IMG/VR virus record: IMGVR_UViG_3300000203_000003
Location: 1 to 64,000 of that record
DNA from: a virus
Lineage: Duplodnaviria > Caudoviricetes
Strand: one strand, 5' to 3'
Length of the DNA: 64,000 nucleotides
The notes under the pieces: generated by a model
Databases searched by the model: none
The model's input: the letters and a program-made list of their open reading frames with translations, nothing else
What the model was told of the DNA's origin: nothing
Part shown: in pieces, positions 17,848 to 28,010 of the stretch
Layout: every line of letters starts with the position of its first letter
How positions within the stretch are numbered: the stretch's first letter is position 1
Position numbers and translations under genes: made by a program

Positions 17848-18935
17848 TCCAACACTTCGGTCTCGTCAGGCAATACGCCAATCTCAAAGACGAACTCCTT
17901 GACGCCAGTGACCGGGCCATGCGTGAAGGGTGTCTTGTTGACGGGCCGTATGTAGATCAGTTTGAACACTGGCTATCCGGTAGAACTGATGTTCAATATG
18001 CAGTGACTTGCCACAGCGGGACACAGGCTCTGGAAATCATTGCCAGATATAGATATTCAGTATTTCAGGTATCACATCCGATATCGGCAATGCCGCCGAC
18101 CATTTGTCTACCGAATCTGACATATCCGGCAACGATGAATGCCTTTGTTAACGCCGGATGGAATGTTGAACTGGTTGATACCGACCGTAATGGATTAATG
18201 CTTCAAACGGGAAGCGTTAATGACCCCACTGGAAATTATGATTGTCCTGTTGGATTGTATGGTGCCCGACCTAGCCGTAATTACAAATATGATAATGGTT
18301 ACACTATCGTAGACGGCGCACAACATTGGCTTGTGTCCGACGGGCACATTGGTTCTGGTATGGCAATTTCGTTTGACCCGACAAAGAATTTACCATCATC
18401 TGGTAACGGTGGCGCCATTGTAACTCATAATGTGGATCTGCATAACTTCGCCAGAAACTACAAGAACAATGCGAAGTTGTCACAGCACGGAACATCAGGC
18501 ACCAATAGCAAGATGAGCGAACAAGATTGCGCCCAGATTCTGGTCAGAACAAAGTATATCAATGAATGGCAACAGCGCCGTAGAATGATTACTGAACATT
18601 GGTGCCGTGATCTGGCACATCTGGAGTATCAAACGCCCGGTCTGCGATGCCTGAGTCAAGGTGTGAAATATCATGCTCACCAGAAGTTTGTCGTTTACAC
18701 TTCAGATCGTGACGGACTATTCGGATACCTAAACAACAACGGCATCGAAGCAAAGATACATTATCCGCATACTCTCGGTGAGTTGCCGGTTGCCAAAGAC
18801 TTCAAGAAACCCGATATGATAAGCACCTCAGTTATGCTGTCCAGAGGCGTGTTAAGTCTGCCTATGTACCCAGAACTGACTGATGCCGAAGTAGAATACA
18901 TATCTAAAATAATACTTGCCTACTACGATAAATAA
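17844..18935 (+). CDS. DegT/DnrJ/EryC1/StrS PLP-dependent aminotransferase
   Basis: SGTQAL, DGAQH, SFDPTKNL...GNGGA, LSLPMYP. Confidence 0.9.
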   Translation: MIQHFGLVRQYANLKDELLDASDRAMREGCLVDGPYVDQFEHWLSGRTDVQYAVTCHSGTQALEIIARYRYSVFQVSHPISAMPPTICLPNLTYPATMNAFVNAGWNVELVDTDRNGLMLQTGSVNDPTGNYDCPVGLYGARPSRNYKYDNGYTIVDGAQHWLVSDGHIGSGMAISFDPTKNLPSSGNGGAIVTHNVDLHNFARNYKNNAKLSQHGTSGTNSKMSEQDCAQILVRTKYINEWQQRRRMITEHWCRDLAHLEYQTPGLRCLSQGVKYHAHQKFVVYTSDRDGLFGYLNNNGIEAKIHYPHTLGELPVAKDFKKPDMISTSVMLSRGVLSLPMYPELTDAEVEYISKIILAYYDK

Positions 18936-18939
18936 GTTT

Positions 18940-19449
18940 ATGTGGATCATTGATTTCTTTCCCGACTTCGTAGCGCATATCATTGTCGCAGTGGGTATCA
19001 TTGGGGTGTTAATAAGTTCGATACCGGTTATCTGGAACCTGATACCGGGTGCTGCTCTATACAAACTTCCGTTACAAATCATCAGCGTCCTTGCTCTTGT
19101 ATTCGGCGTATATCTTGAAGGCGGCATCGCAAAAGACGATTGGTGGAAAGCCAAAGTAAGCGCACTTGAAAAGAAAGTGAGTGAAGCGGAAGCAAAATCA
19201 GCCCGAGTTGATACCAAGATTGTTACCAAGCTACTTACTAAAAAACAAGTAGTAAAAGAAAAGGGTGACACCATTACTGAATACATTGAGCGTGAAGTAG
19301 TCAAGTATGATAATACCTGTCAGATACCAGTTGAAGTTATCAGATCACACAATGCAGCGGCGATGAACGACCTATTGTTACTGGTTCCGACCGATGCTCA
19401 TAACGCTCTTGCTGTGCCTACGATTAAATTGGCTCCTAAACATGAATAA
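18940..19449 (+). CDS. Inner-membrane spanin (Rz-like)
   Basis: N-terminal TM segments plus coiled coil; directly precedes a lipoprotein gene. Confidence 0.65.
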   Translation: MWIIDFFPDFVAHIIVAVGIIGVLISSIPVIWNLIPGAALYKLPLQIISVLALVFGVYLEGGIAKDDWWKAKVSALEKKVSEAEAKSARVDTKIVTKLLTKKQVVKEKGDTITEYIEREVVKYDNTCQIPVEVIRSHNAAAMNDLLLLVPTDAHNALAVPTIKLAPKHE

Positions 19450-19708
19450 GTCTCTGTTATTAGTATTATTGTTAGCGGGATGCAGCACCGTTGTACCTGT
19501 TAAACAGCAGTTCCCGGATATGCCAGCAGAACTGACGCAACCCTGTAAACCGCTGACGATTATCGAAGGTGAGAAAACCACTCTGTCCAAGTTAATGGAG
19601 ACCGTTGCTAAAAACTACGGATCAAGGCACGAATGTGCCGCTCAAGTAGAAGCAACTAAAGAGTGGTATCAGGAACAAAAGAAGATTTTTGACGAAACTA
19701 ACAAATAG
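19442..19708 (+). CDS. Outer-membrane spanin lipoprotein (Rz1-like)
   Basis: Lipobox LLLAGC, Pro-rich, two further Cys. Confidence 0.72.
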   Translation: MNKSLLLVLLLAGCSTVVPVKQQFPDMPAELTQPCKPLTIIEGEKTTLSKLMETVAKNYGSRHECAAQVEATKEWYQEQKKIFDETNK

Positions 19709-20155
19709 TTAGTTGCACCAGCTGGCTTTTGCGTCACCGTAGTACGCCCGAGCATATCCACTTGTGATAAGCATATCACGCAGACTCTTCCCGTCTAGTA
19801 AAACATCGCCAAGAACGCGGCCGCCGTATTTATCCCATGACATGATCACAACTTGGCGCTTGGTAGCAGCATTGACAGCAGCAGCGGTGAATTTAGTTGC
19901 TGCTTTTCCTTTTTCTATTTCAGCAGGACATTTCGCCTGTGCTGATAACTTCTCAGGTGTATCAACTCCCCATATTCTGATTGAAAGTTCAGGTTTCAAC
20001 GGGCCTGGGAGAAAAGATGCCTGAAAAGCCACGGTGTCACCGTCGATTACTCGGGTTACGGGGTAGTCATATGTGACTGAAGCAGGAACTTTGGGCGTGA
20101 CTGCAAATGCTGACAGTGACAGGAGAATAAGAATGATTGAGAGTAGTTTTTTCAT
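19709..20155 (-). CDS. Thermonuclease (SNase) family with signal peptide
   Basis: RVIDGDT, RIWGVDTPE, DKYGGRVLG. Confidence 0.88.
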   Translation of the reverse strand: MKKLLSIILILLSLSAFAVTPKVPASVTYDYPVTRVIDGDTVAFQASFLPGPLKPELSIRIWGVDTPEKLSAQAKCPAEIEKGKAATKFTAAAVNAATKRQVVIMSWDKYGGRVLGDVLLDGKSLRDMLITSGYARAYYGDAKASWCN

Positions 20156-20187
20156 TATGTATTTAGCTACAGGATGATAAATACTCT

Positions 20188-20721
20188 ATGGCACTTGAAT
20201 TAATCAATGTAGGTTTAGTACCTAACGACAGGACGGGCGATCCTATTCGTACGGCTCTGATCAAAATCAATAATAACTTTACTGAACTGTTCGCCACGGA
20301 TGTAGATACTACTGATGCGTATACTGTAGGTGACACCCCTGATCAGATTATCTTTCAGGCCCCGGCAGAGACATTCACTCAGGCAAGATTTCAGATCAAT
20401 TCTAGCGACCCGCTTACTCACACAAATCAAAACATAACGATTTCTGCGTCTATCGTTCATAATACAGCAACCGTGGGATTCACTGCGTTCGGCACCGTGT
20501 TCACTGGCGACCCGTTGACCCGATACGACATGGATATCAGCGGCGGCAATGTCAGGATCATGTGCAGCCCGCTTACTACTGCTACGCTGACTCACTTCAT
20601 TGCCTGTCAGATAACATACATCGGCTCTGCTGGTCCAAGTTTGAATCTGGCAGTTAACGGCTATCCAGAGGGCAGCGTCCTGTCAACTGAAGATGGTATT
20701 ACATTGATCACAGAAACATGA
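20188..20721 (+). CDS. Virion/baseplate protein (T4 gp9/gp10-like N-terminus)
   Basis: INVG..PND.TGD..R.A..KINNNF.EL. Confidence 0.65.
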   Translation: MALELINVGLVPNDRTGDPIRTALIKINNNFTELFATDVDTTDAYTVGDTPDQIIFQAPAETFTQARFQINSSDPLTHTNQNITISASIVHNTATVGFTAFGTVFTGDPLTRYDMDISGGNVRIMCSPLTTATLTHFIACQITYIGSAGPSLNLAVNGYPEGSVLSTEDGITLITET

Positions 20722-21101
20722 GAGCGCACGAATTTATAACTGAAGGACGAACCGGTAGTTTAGCACCAGATGTTGCCGCGGCCCTTCCGGCAACGTATGT
20801 GATACCCGAGTTACCTAATCAAGATCCGTATTTACAATACAGATTCGGTGTTGCTATGGCTGCTGCTAAAAGTGCCAAGGCACGCGCCGGAGATGGTATT
20901 CCACCGTTTGAGAAGTCAAGTGCTTGGGGAGAGAATCAGATTGTTATTGGATATATGGATCCGCATACCGGGGAGTATATTGATGATGCCTTGAAGCAAA
21001 TGGGCCTTAGCGGTAAGCGAATGATCAGCACTCCGACAAGTGAAGAAGCATCTGATGTAGATAAAATAAGTCCAGTCAAGGCTTTTAAAGGTTTCAAATG
21101 A
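20718..21101 (+). CDS. Putative internal head protein (paralog of next gene)
   Basis: MRAHEFITE N-terminus; shares AMA, W, SPV..FKG with next ORF. Confidence 0.55.
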   Translation: MRAHEFITEGRTGSLAPDVAAALPATYVIPELPNQDPYLQYRFGVAMAAAKSAKARAGDGIPPFEKSSAWGENQIVIGYMDPHTGEYIDDALKQMGLSGKRMISTPTSEEASDVDKISPVKAFKGFK

Positions 21102-21481
21102 GAGCATCCGAGTTTATAAACGAATCAACGAAGGGTAAAATACATCCCGATCAGGAAAATACAATGCCCGGTGTTCACCGTACCAGGGATGTAGGCGGAT
21201 ATGATCGGGTATACCACATGAATAGATTGTGGATGGCGATGGCCTGTTCAGATGGTAAGAGCACCAAGAAACCCGAAGGCATGGACGGCGCAAGTTGGGT
21301 TGAGAAATACAACACAATCCATCCGTATACCAAAGAAGAAGATAACATGGTGCAACAGGCCATGAAGATTGTACCTACAGACCATCACCATGAGGTCAAG
21401 GATCATCGAAGTACCGAACCCGATGATACTCATAAGACCAGCCCGGTCAACGGCTTCAAGGGCTGGGGCATCAGAAAATAA
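21098..21481 (+). CDS. Putative internal head protein
   Basis: MRASEFINE N-terminus. Confidence 0.55.
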   Translation: MRASEFINESTKGKIHPDQENTMPGVHRTRDVGGYDRVYHMNRLWMAMACSDGKSTKKPEGMDGASWVEKYNTIHPYTKEEDNMVQQAMKIVPTDHHHEVKDHRSTEPDDTHKTSPVNGFKGWGIRK

Positions 21482-21524
21482 TCAGCTGGTCATTTCGTCA
21501 ATAAATATTGTATCAGGAGATACA

Positions 21525-22217
21525 ATGGCAGACGCAGCACAAATGATTGACACCCTCAAGTTGAGGTTCTACAACGATTGGTTATACCAAGTTCATATAT
21601 ACGGCGAAGGGGACAGTCCGTTCCACAAGTCACTTACGACCGATGTGGTCAAGCAATATATTGATCCGTTGAATATTCCCAAGAACGCCAAGATTCTTGA
21701 TTTGGGTTGCGGCCCGGGATACTTTCTGGATGAGATGAAGGAGCGCGAATACACTGACGTAACCGGGGTTACCCTAAGTTCAAGTGACATTAAGATTTGC
21801 GAGGACAAAGGACATAAAATAAAGCAATATGATCTGTCCTTTCTGCCACAGAAAGACGGGTACTATGATGAGTCGGTGGACTTCATCTTCCTTCGTCACG
21901 CTCTGGAACACTCTCCTTACCCCATCTTCTCACTGATTGAATACAACCGTATTTTGAAACAGGGAGGGAAATTGTATGTGGAAGTCCCTCAGCCTGATTG
22001 TGATCGTAAGCACGAATGGAATCTGAATCACTATTCCATCTTCGGTCAAAATCAACTGGCGGCATTGCTACAACGAACCGGCTTCAACATCGAAATCTTC
22101 AACAATCTGGAGTTTGATCTTCATGTTGGCAACGATGATGCAGGCGAGCCTATCACGGCCCGCGAGAAGTATTTCTGTGTCGTGGCATCAAAAGCGCGAC
22201 CACTGGATATCAAGTAA
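21525..22217 (+). CDS. Class I SAM-dependent methyltransferase
   Basis: ILDLGCGPG, RHALEH, LKQGG.LY; late promoter and GGAG SD before ATG21525. Confidence 0.85.
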   Translation: MADAAQMIDTLKLRFYNDWLYQVHIYGEGDSPFHKSLTTDVVKQYIDPLNIPKNAKILDLGCGPGYFLDEMKEREYTDVTGVTLSSSDIKICEDKGHKIKQYDLSFLPQKDGYYDESVDFIFLRHALEHSPYPIFSLIEYNRILKQGGKLYVEVPQPDCDRKHEWNLNHYSIFGQNQLAALLQRTGFNIEIFNNLEFDLHVGNDDAGEPITAREKYFCVVASKARPLDIK

Positions 22218-22224
22218 TCCGGAC

Positions 22225-22292
22225 TAAATAAGTTATCGCAGTGAATCTGTTCGCCGCGGGGCGTGGGTACCCGTTCACCGCTAACTTATTTA
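22225..22292. ncRNA. Intergenic long hairpin bounded by convergent TAAATA motifs
   Basis: TAAATAAGTTA..GCAGTGAA..TTCACCGC-TAACTTATTTA with GC-rich interior. Confidence 0.5.
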
Positions 22293-22353
22293 AGGATTAC
22301 ACTTGCTACGACGGCACAGCAGCCAACTGCTATGTTGCTGCGACTTACTTCTA

Positions 22354-22617
22354 ATGTTTGATCCGTTTCAACAATCTAAACTACAATCGGCATATTCCAG
22401 ACTCAAGGACTACAAAGTTCCAGAGAGTCGGGACATGTCGCTTGATGATTTAAAAAGATTAAGCGGGGTTGATAAAGCGTCGAAAGATGCCGATGTGGCC
22501 ACTCAACAAAACAAAGCGCAGTTTATGCGTGAGAACAATATCAAACCCGGAACACAAGAGTGGTTCCGGCTCTGGTTCGCTAAACCACAACTTACCGGCG
22601 AAAATCCTTTTAAGTAG
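22354..22617 (+). CDS. Hypothetical protein
   Basis: NIKPGT.EWF.LWF..P.LTGE C-terminus. Confidence 0.7.
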   Translation: MFDPFQQSKLQSAYSRLKDYKVPESRDMSLDDLKRLSGVDKASKDADVATQQNKAQFMRENNIKPGTQEWFRLWFAKPQLTGENPFK

Positions 22618-22640
22618 TAGCATATTTTGCTAAATACTAT

Positions 22641-24200
22641 ATGGCTAAACCAAATAATAGTGCTCCAAGTCTTGTTAAAGATCCCTACGTAAAGACGCAC
22701 TTTAAAACCCAACAGGAGCTTGATGACTTCGTAAAATGCTGTGACCCTATCGACGGTTACAAGTATTTCATGGACAACTTCTTTATGATACAGCACCCAA
22801 CAAGAGGTGCGATTGTATATCACCCGTACGGCTATCAGCGTAAACTGACTGATATCTATCATAACTATGTTCACTCTGTAAATCTGCTGCCACGACAATC
22901 AGGCAAAACAACAACGGCAGCCGGATATCTACTCTGGTTTGCGATGTTCCAGCCAGATGCCACGATTCTTATCGCAGCACACAAGTACACCGGTGCACAG
23001 GAAATTATGCAACGTATAAGGTACGCCTACGAGAACTGTCCTGATCACATCAAAGCAGGTGTGACAACATACAACAAAGGCTCGTTAGAGTTTGAGAACG
23101 GCAGTCGTATCGTCAGTGCCACAACAACTGAAACAACAGGTCGGGGTATGTCTATTACTCTGCTGTATCTTGATGAGTTCGCCTTCGTGCCACCTAACAT
23201 CGCCAAGATGTTCTGGGCTGCTATTACGCCTACGTTAGCAACTGGTGGTAAATCAATCATCACCTCTACTCCAAACAGCGATGAAGATCAGTTTGCTCTG
23301 ATCTGGAAGGGTGCGAACAAGACTGAGGATGAGTTCGGCAACAAGACAGACATTGGTGTCAACGGCTACAAGGCATTCACCGCTGAATGGAACGAACACC
23401 CCGATCGTGATCAAAAGTGGGCTGACGATATGAAGGCCAAACTCGGCGATGATCGATTCCTTCGTGAAATCTGCTGTCAGTTCTTGATCGCTGATGAAAC
23501 ACTGATCAATCCTAATACGTTATTTGTTCTTCAGGGCGTGGAGCCGATACTTCGACAGGGGCAGATCAGATGGTATAAGATCCCGACGAAGGGCAATATC
23601 TATCTTGTGGCACTTGATCCAAGTTTGGGCACCGGTTCAGACCCGGCCGCTATTCAAATCTTTGAAGCAAACACCACAACCCAAGTAGGCGAATGGAAGC
23701 ATAACAAGACAGACATTCCCGGTCAGATTAAACTTATCACACAGATAAACAACTACATCGTGGAATGCACCAAAGAACCTAATAGCCTATACTACTCAAT
23801 AGAGAATAACAGCATAGGTGAAGCAGCACTGATATCACTGAATGAATACGGTGAGCAGAATATCCCGGGCGTGTTTATCAGTGAGCCTGGTAAGAAGCGT
23901 CGAGGGTTTAACACTAATCGCACCACTAAACTTGCGGCGTGCGCCAAGTTCAAAACTCTTCTGGAGAGTAAGAAGATGACCGTAAATAGTTTCGGTCTTG
24001 TTTCTGAACTGAAAGCGTTTGTTGCCTCGGGCGGAAGCTATGCTGCTAAGATCGGCGACCATGATGATCTTGTGATGGCCACGCTATTGATTGTTCGTAT
24101 GCTTCAGCAACTCTCTGATTTTAACTACGACCTCGATGAACATCTAAGAGACCATGATAACTTTATAGAACCACTCCCCTTCTTTGCGGTATTCGCCTGA
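22641..24200 (+). CDS. terL: Terminase large subunit (T4 gp17-like)
   Basis: PRQSGKTT, LYLDEFAFV, TSTPN, ENNSIG, HDDLVMA. Confidence 0.95.
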   Translation: MAKPNNSAPSLVKDPYVKTHFKTQQELDDFVKCCDPIDGYKYFMDNFFMIQHPTRGAIVYHPYGYQRKLTDIYHNYVHSVNLLPRQSGKTTTAAGYLLWFAMFQPDATILIAAHKYTGAQEIMQRIRYAYENCPDHIKAGVTTYNKGSLEFENGSRIVSATTTETTGRGMSITLLYLDEFAFVPPNIAKMFWAAITPTLATGGKSIITSTPNSDEDQFALIWKGANKTEDEFGNKTDIGVNGYKAFTAEWNEHPDRDQKWADDMKAKLGDDRFLREICCQFLIADETLINPNTLFVLQGVEPILRQGQIRWYKIPTKGNIYLVALDPSLGTGSDPAAIQIFEANTTTQVGEWKHNKTDIPGQIKLITQINNYIVECTKEPNSLYYSIENNSIGEAALISLNEYGEQNIPGVFISEPGKKRRGFNTNRTTKLAACAKFKTLLESKKMTVNSFGLVSELKAFVASGGSYAAKIGDHDDLVMATLLIVRMLQQLSDFNYDLDEHLRDHDNFIEPLPFFAVFA

Positions 24201-24229
24201 AGTGATAAATAGTCTATTGAGAGATAACT

Positions 24230-26092
24230 ATGCCTAAAAATGCTGAATCACTAAACAACTCGCTATTTGAACTACTAAGGTCACGCGGATATAACCCGAC
24301 TTTACTTGGTACAGATGGTAAAGAAATTCCTGTCCCAGACGAAGCCGAAGTATTTCAGTTTCACTTTGTCAAGGATGATAAGGACTACGGTCCCGTAACT
24401 ATCTCTATCGACGGTCTACACAAACTTGTAGTTTACTTCGGCGACAGCGTTGCTAAGAGTCCGTCTGAACAAAGTCACAACGAAGATACCAGCTGGTATT
24501 CTCTGTTGAACCATCTAAAGCGTTTCAGCCAACAACATCAACTCAGTTTTGAAGTTAAAAACACAGACCATTTGAAATACGACATGGCAAAAAGGAATCA
24601 TATGAAAAAGATTGACGAACAAGCAAAATGGCGCCAAGGTTACTCCGCATCCGGTCACCCAGCTGGCTACAAGCACAAGTCAGGTGAAGTTGGTCCGGTA
24701 GGAGGAACATTCATCAATGAGCCTAGCGGATATGATGGAGAAACAAAGAAATTTCCCGTTCAAAAACATCGTGATAAGGAAGATGAATTAGCAGGTCGCG
24801 CAGGTACGAAATTATCAACTACTGGCAAACCATTGATTCCTAAGAATGCCCAAAAGAATTTAAAGGGTGCCATTAAACAATCTAAAGGAAAGCATGGTCC
24901 TGTCGGGCATCTACCTGAAAGCATCGCAGAAGGTTACTACCCAATGGGCAAGAAAGCAAGTTATTCTGACTCTGTGCCTCAGGTCAAGATCATTCTACAG
25001 CACTCCAGACAACTGGAAGAAGGTGAACGCCGTTATCGTGCGATTGAACGCATCTTTGTTGAGAATGCCAATGGTGAAAGATTTTTACTTGACACCAAGA
25101 AGCCAGGATTGGCCCGTGTATATGCCCGTCATATTGCTGAAGGGGGCACTCCATACGATGAGCAAGGCAAACACATTCACTCGCTTGTTGAAGAATACAC
25201 CAAGATGGCGGGTTTTGTTCGTGCTACTCGCAATGGTCAGTTCAATGAATCAGCACAATCGTTAGTGAATGAGGGAATCAACCATTACAATAATCTGCGT
25301 GAGCAACTACACAAAATGTCCGGTCATCGTGGATACACCGCATACTTTGAAAGCTGGTCTCCTACATTAACCGAAGATGAAGATACAACTGACCTAAGTG
25401 AGATGTTCGCCAGCACAGCACTTGATCCAAGAATTGAATCAGTGATGCCAATTTTGAACAAGTTGAAGAAGAACATTTCTGAAGTTGATCACTCTGCTGA
25501 ATTGGCCGAGTGGGCTGACGCAGTTATTGAAGAATCTCTTGGTCTTGCTGAAGTTTCAAACGAGTTACTCGGTCGTTATAAAAAAAACGCTGGTCACCAG
25601 GCCAGTACCGCTGATGCAGGTGCCGCAGGTGCGTATTCTGCAGGATCTTCTGGTAAAGATTTAGGAGATCGATTGACCAAACTTGGTAACAAGCGATTCA
25701 AGGGTATAGTCAAAGCCACACTTAAACAGTTCGCCAATGATAAGCCTAAGCAAGTTGCTGAGGCTGATGGCCTAGAAGCACTCAACGCCCAAGGTATTCC
25801 TGAAGATGGACACGGTGTGGCGGAAGATATAGGCCCAGAACAAAAGCGTGTCGGTCAGCTTGGTCCTAAAGATAAGGTCGGTCCAAAAGGAGCCGTCGGT
25901 AAGTTAGTCGGAGCATGTGAGAGTGCCGATAAAAAGAAGCCAGACTTCGCTGCCAGGTTCCAAAAGAATCTGGAACAGACTAAGAAACAAGCTGATGACA
26001 CCGAAGATAAGATCAAGCAACACACTGAGAAGAAACCAGTGAAAGAGGGTGATGAAGGGCTTGACGCAATCAAACGTCTATTGGGTAAATAA
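24230..26092 (+). CDS. Late protein, probable head-internal/core protein
   Basis: Late promoter; many (I/L/V)-x-E sites; modular low-complexity segments. Confidence 0.5.
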   Translation: MPKNAESLNNSLFELLRSRGYNPTLLGTDGKEIPVPDEAEVFQFHFVKDDKDYGPVTISIDGLHKLVVYFGDSVAKSPSEQSHNEDTSWYSLLNHLKRFSQQHQLSFEVKNTDHLKYDMAKRNHMKKIDEQAKWRQGYSASGHPAGYKHKSGEVGPVGGTFINEPSGYDGETKKFPVQKHRDKEDELAGRAGTKLSTTGKPLIPKNAQKNLKGAIKQSKGKHGPVGHLPESIAEGYYPMGKKASYSDSVPQVKIILQHSRQLEEGERRYRAIERIFVENANGERFLLDTKKPGLARVYARHIAEGGTPYDEQGKHIHSLVEEYTKMAGFVRATRNGQFNESAQSLVNEGINHYNNLREQLHKMSGHRGYTAYFESWSPTLTEDEDTTDLSEMFASTALDPRIESVMPILNKLKKNISEVDHSAELAEWADAVIEESLGLAEVSNELLGRYKKNAGHQASTADAGAAGAYSAGSSGKDLGDRLTKLGNKRFKGIVKATLKQFANDKPKQVAEADGLEALNAQGIPEDGHGVAEDIGPEQKRVGQLGPKDKVGPKGAVGKLVGACESADKKKPDFAARFQKNLEQTKKQADDTEDKIKQHTEKKPVKEGDEGLDAIKRLLGK

Positions 26093-26100
26093 GTTCTCAA

Positions 26101-26125
26101 AAACCTCACTTAAAAGGTGAGGTTT
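26101..26125. terminator. Hairpin, probable terminator
   Basis: AAACCTCAC-TTAAAAG-GTGAGGTTT. Confidence 0.6.
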
Positions 26126-26138
26126 GCCATATTCCAGA

Positions 26139-26213
26139 TAAATAGTAGTGAGGATCACGGCCGGCAAGCCCACCCTCTCTAACGCCGTGAAAGGGCATCA
26201 GCATGAATATTTA
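26139..26213 (-). ncRNA. HEG-leader module copy B
   Basis: On the - strand: CTGATGCC/GGCGTTAG; GAGGGT-G-GGC/GCC-GTG-ATCCTC; TAAATA at both ends. Confidence 0.7.
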
Positions 26214-26856
26214 TTCAAGACAAAATCCACCCGAAGGTTTCTATGTATATGCCTACCTACGCGAAGATGGCACCCCGTATTACATTGGCAAGGGGAAAGC
26301 AAAACGAGCCTGGTATAAATCACCCGGTGAAGTTTATCCGCCCATAAATAAATCTAAAATAATCATTGTAGAGAAAAATTTAACTGAAGTGGGCGCTCTG
26401 TCTATTGAACGCCGGCTAATACGTTGGTATGGGAGAAAAGATGAGAATACCGGAATTCTACGAAACAAAACTGAGGGAGGGGACGGTGTATCAGGGTTAG
26501 TTCATTCTGCTGAATCCAAGAATAAAATGAGTGTTGCTAAGACGGGTAAAAAGCAACCTAAAATAAGTAAGGCTAAGCAGGGTATACCATTACCCCAGGA
26601 GACAAAACTAAAAATGAGCATATCCCATCGCGGTAAAATTCACACTGATGAACATAATAGAAAAGTATCAATCGCATTAACGGGCAAGAAGTTATCTCCC
26701 GATCATTGTACCGCCATCAGTGAGAGCCATAAAGGATATGTTCATAGTGAGGAATCCAACGTAAAACGATCCATAGCACTACGAGGTCGCCCACAATCTC
26801 CTGAGTCCATTCAAAAACGTCTTTTAACAAGATTAAAAAATAAAATAGCAATTTAA
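26203..26856 (+). CDS. GIY-YIG homing endonuclease with NUMOD3 repeats
   Basis: [16 protein letters not shown]; repeated HS.E..KMS.(A/S)..GK. Confidence 0.88.
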   Translation: MNIYSRQNPPEGFYVYAYLREDGTPYYIGKGKAKRAWYKSPGEVYPPINKSKIIIVEKNLTEVGALSIERRLIRWYGRKDENTGILRNKTEGGDGVSGLVHSAESKNKMSVAKTGKKQPKISKAKQGIPLPQETKLKMSISHRGKIHTDEHNRKVSIALTGKKLSPDHCTAISESHKGYVHSEESNVKRSIALRGRPQSPESIQKRLLTRLKNKIAI

Positions 26857-26866
26857 CCGAAAGGAC

Positions 26867-26904
26867 TAAATACTATTGCTCATTGATGTTTATTATGCTA
26901 TAAT
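26867..26904 (+). promoter_or_regulatory. Late TAAATA plus TTGCTC-17-TATAAT promoters for SSB
   Basis: Direct match. Confidence 0.65.
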
Positions 26905-26987
26905 AAGCACTGATGTTCAGTTACTTCATGCCGAGGTAGCGAATACAAAAACCGACACCATGTCAATTTAAATAAAGGAAATATATC

Positions 26988-27971
26988 ATGGCAACATCAC
27001 TCGCTGAAATCAGGGCCCGCATTGCGGCCGCAGAAAACAAACAAAATACTCCCCGCGCTTCCGCAGACAATTCTATATATTGTCATTGGAACATGGACGA
27101 AGGCACCACAGCTACACTTCGGTTTCTGCCTGACGCCGACACAAACAACCCTTACTTTTGGACCGAACGCCAAATCATAAAACTCCCCTTCAATGGTGTA
27201 AAGGGTGACCCAGCAGCCAAGCGGGTCGAGGTCCAGGTACCATGTATAGAAATGTTTGGACCTGAATATCACTGCCCAATCTTGGCAGAAGTTCGCCCTT
27301 GGTATAAGGATGAAACTCTCAAGGAACTTGCCAACAAGTACTGGAAGAAACGCGCTTATCTGTTCCAAGGATTTGTCCGTGCAAACCCAATCGGCGATGA
27401 CAAGGCACCAGCGAACCCAATTCGTCGTTTCATCATCAGTCCGCAAATCTTTACTATCGTCAAAGCATCTTTGATGGATCCTGAAATGGAAGAACTGCCG
27501 ACTGACTTTCTGCGTGGTCTTGATCTGAACATCAAGAAAACATCGAAGGGCGGCTATGCTGACTATTCAACTAGCACATGGGCACGTAAGGAATCGGCTC
27601 TGACCGCAGCAGAACAAGAAGCAATCGACACCTTCAAGTTGTTTGATCTGGCTTCGTTTCTGCCGAAGAAGCCAAGCGAAGCGGAATTGAAAATCATCAA
27701 GGAAATGTTTGACGCATCCGTCGACGGCAAGCCGTATGACTTGGAACGCTGGGGTCAATACTATCGCCCATGGGGCCTTGATGCTCCGGCAGGTTCGACT
27801 CCGACAGCTACAGCACCTGCAGCGGAAGCACCCGCTTCTAAGGCACCCGAAGCATGGGAAGATGATGTGAAGTCGGCAGAAGCACCGATTGTTGTCCCCA
27901 AAGCAGCAAGTGGCGATAAGGCACAGGACATTCTCGCAATGATTCGTGCCCGTCAGACAAAAACTGTCTAA
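26988..27971 (+). CDS. Single-stranded DNA-binding protein (T4 gp32-like)
   Basis: LRFLPD, C.EM...CP, YWKKR.Y, KT.KGGYADYS.S.W; Ala/acidic tail. Confidence 0.85.
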   Translation: MATSLAEIRARIAAAENKQNTPRASADNSIYCHWNMDEGTTATLRFLPDADTNNPYFWTERQIIKLPFNGVKGDPAAKRVEVQVPCIEMFGPEYHCPILAEVRPWYKDETLKELANKYWKKRAYLFQGFVRANPIGDDKAPANPIRRFIISPQIFTIVKASLMDPEMEELPTDFLRGLDLNIKKTSKGGYADYSTSTWARKESALTAAEQEAIDTFKLFDLASFLPKKPSEAELKIIKEMFDASVDGKPYDLERWGQYYRPWGLDAPAGSTPTATAPAAEAPASKAPEAWEDDVKSAEAPIVVPKAASGDKAQDILAMIRARQTKTV

Positions 27972-27975
27972 TAAA

Positions 27976-27999
27976 ATAGGGGCCGAAGCCCCTATCTTT
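27976..27999 (+). terminator. Intrinsic terminator
   Basis: ATAGGGGC-CGAA-GCCCCTATCTTT. Confidence 0.7.
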
Positions 28000-28010
28000 A
28001 GGAGAATCCC

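Noticed and set aside
27791-27803. GGTTCGACTCC T-loop-like motif
   Set aside because: Lies inside the SSB coding sequence; no cloverleaf
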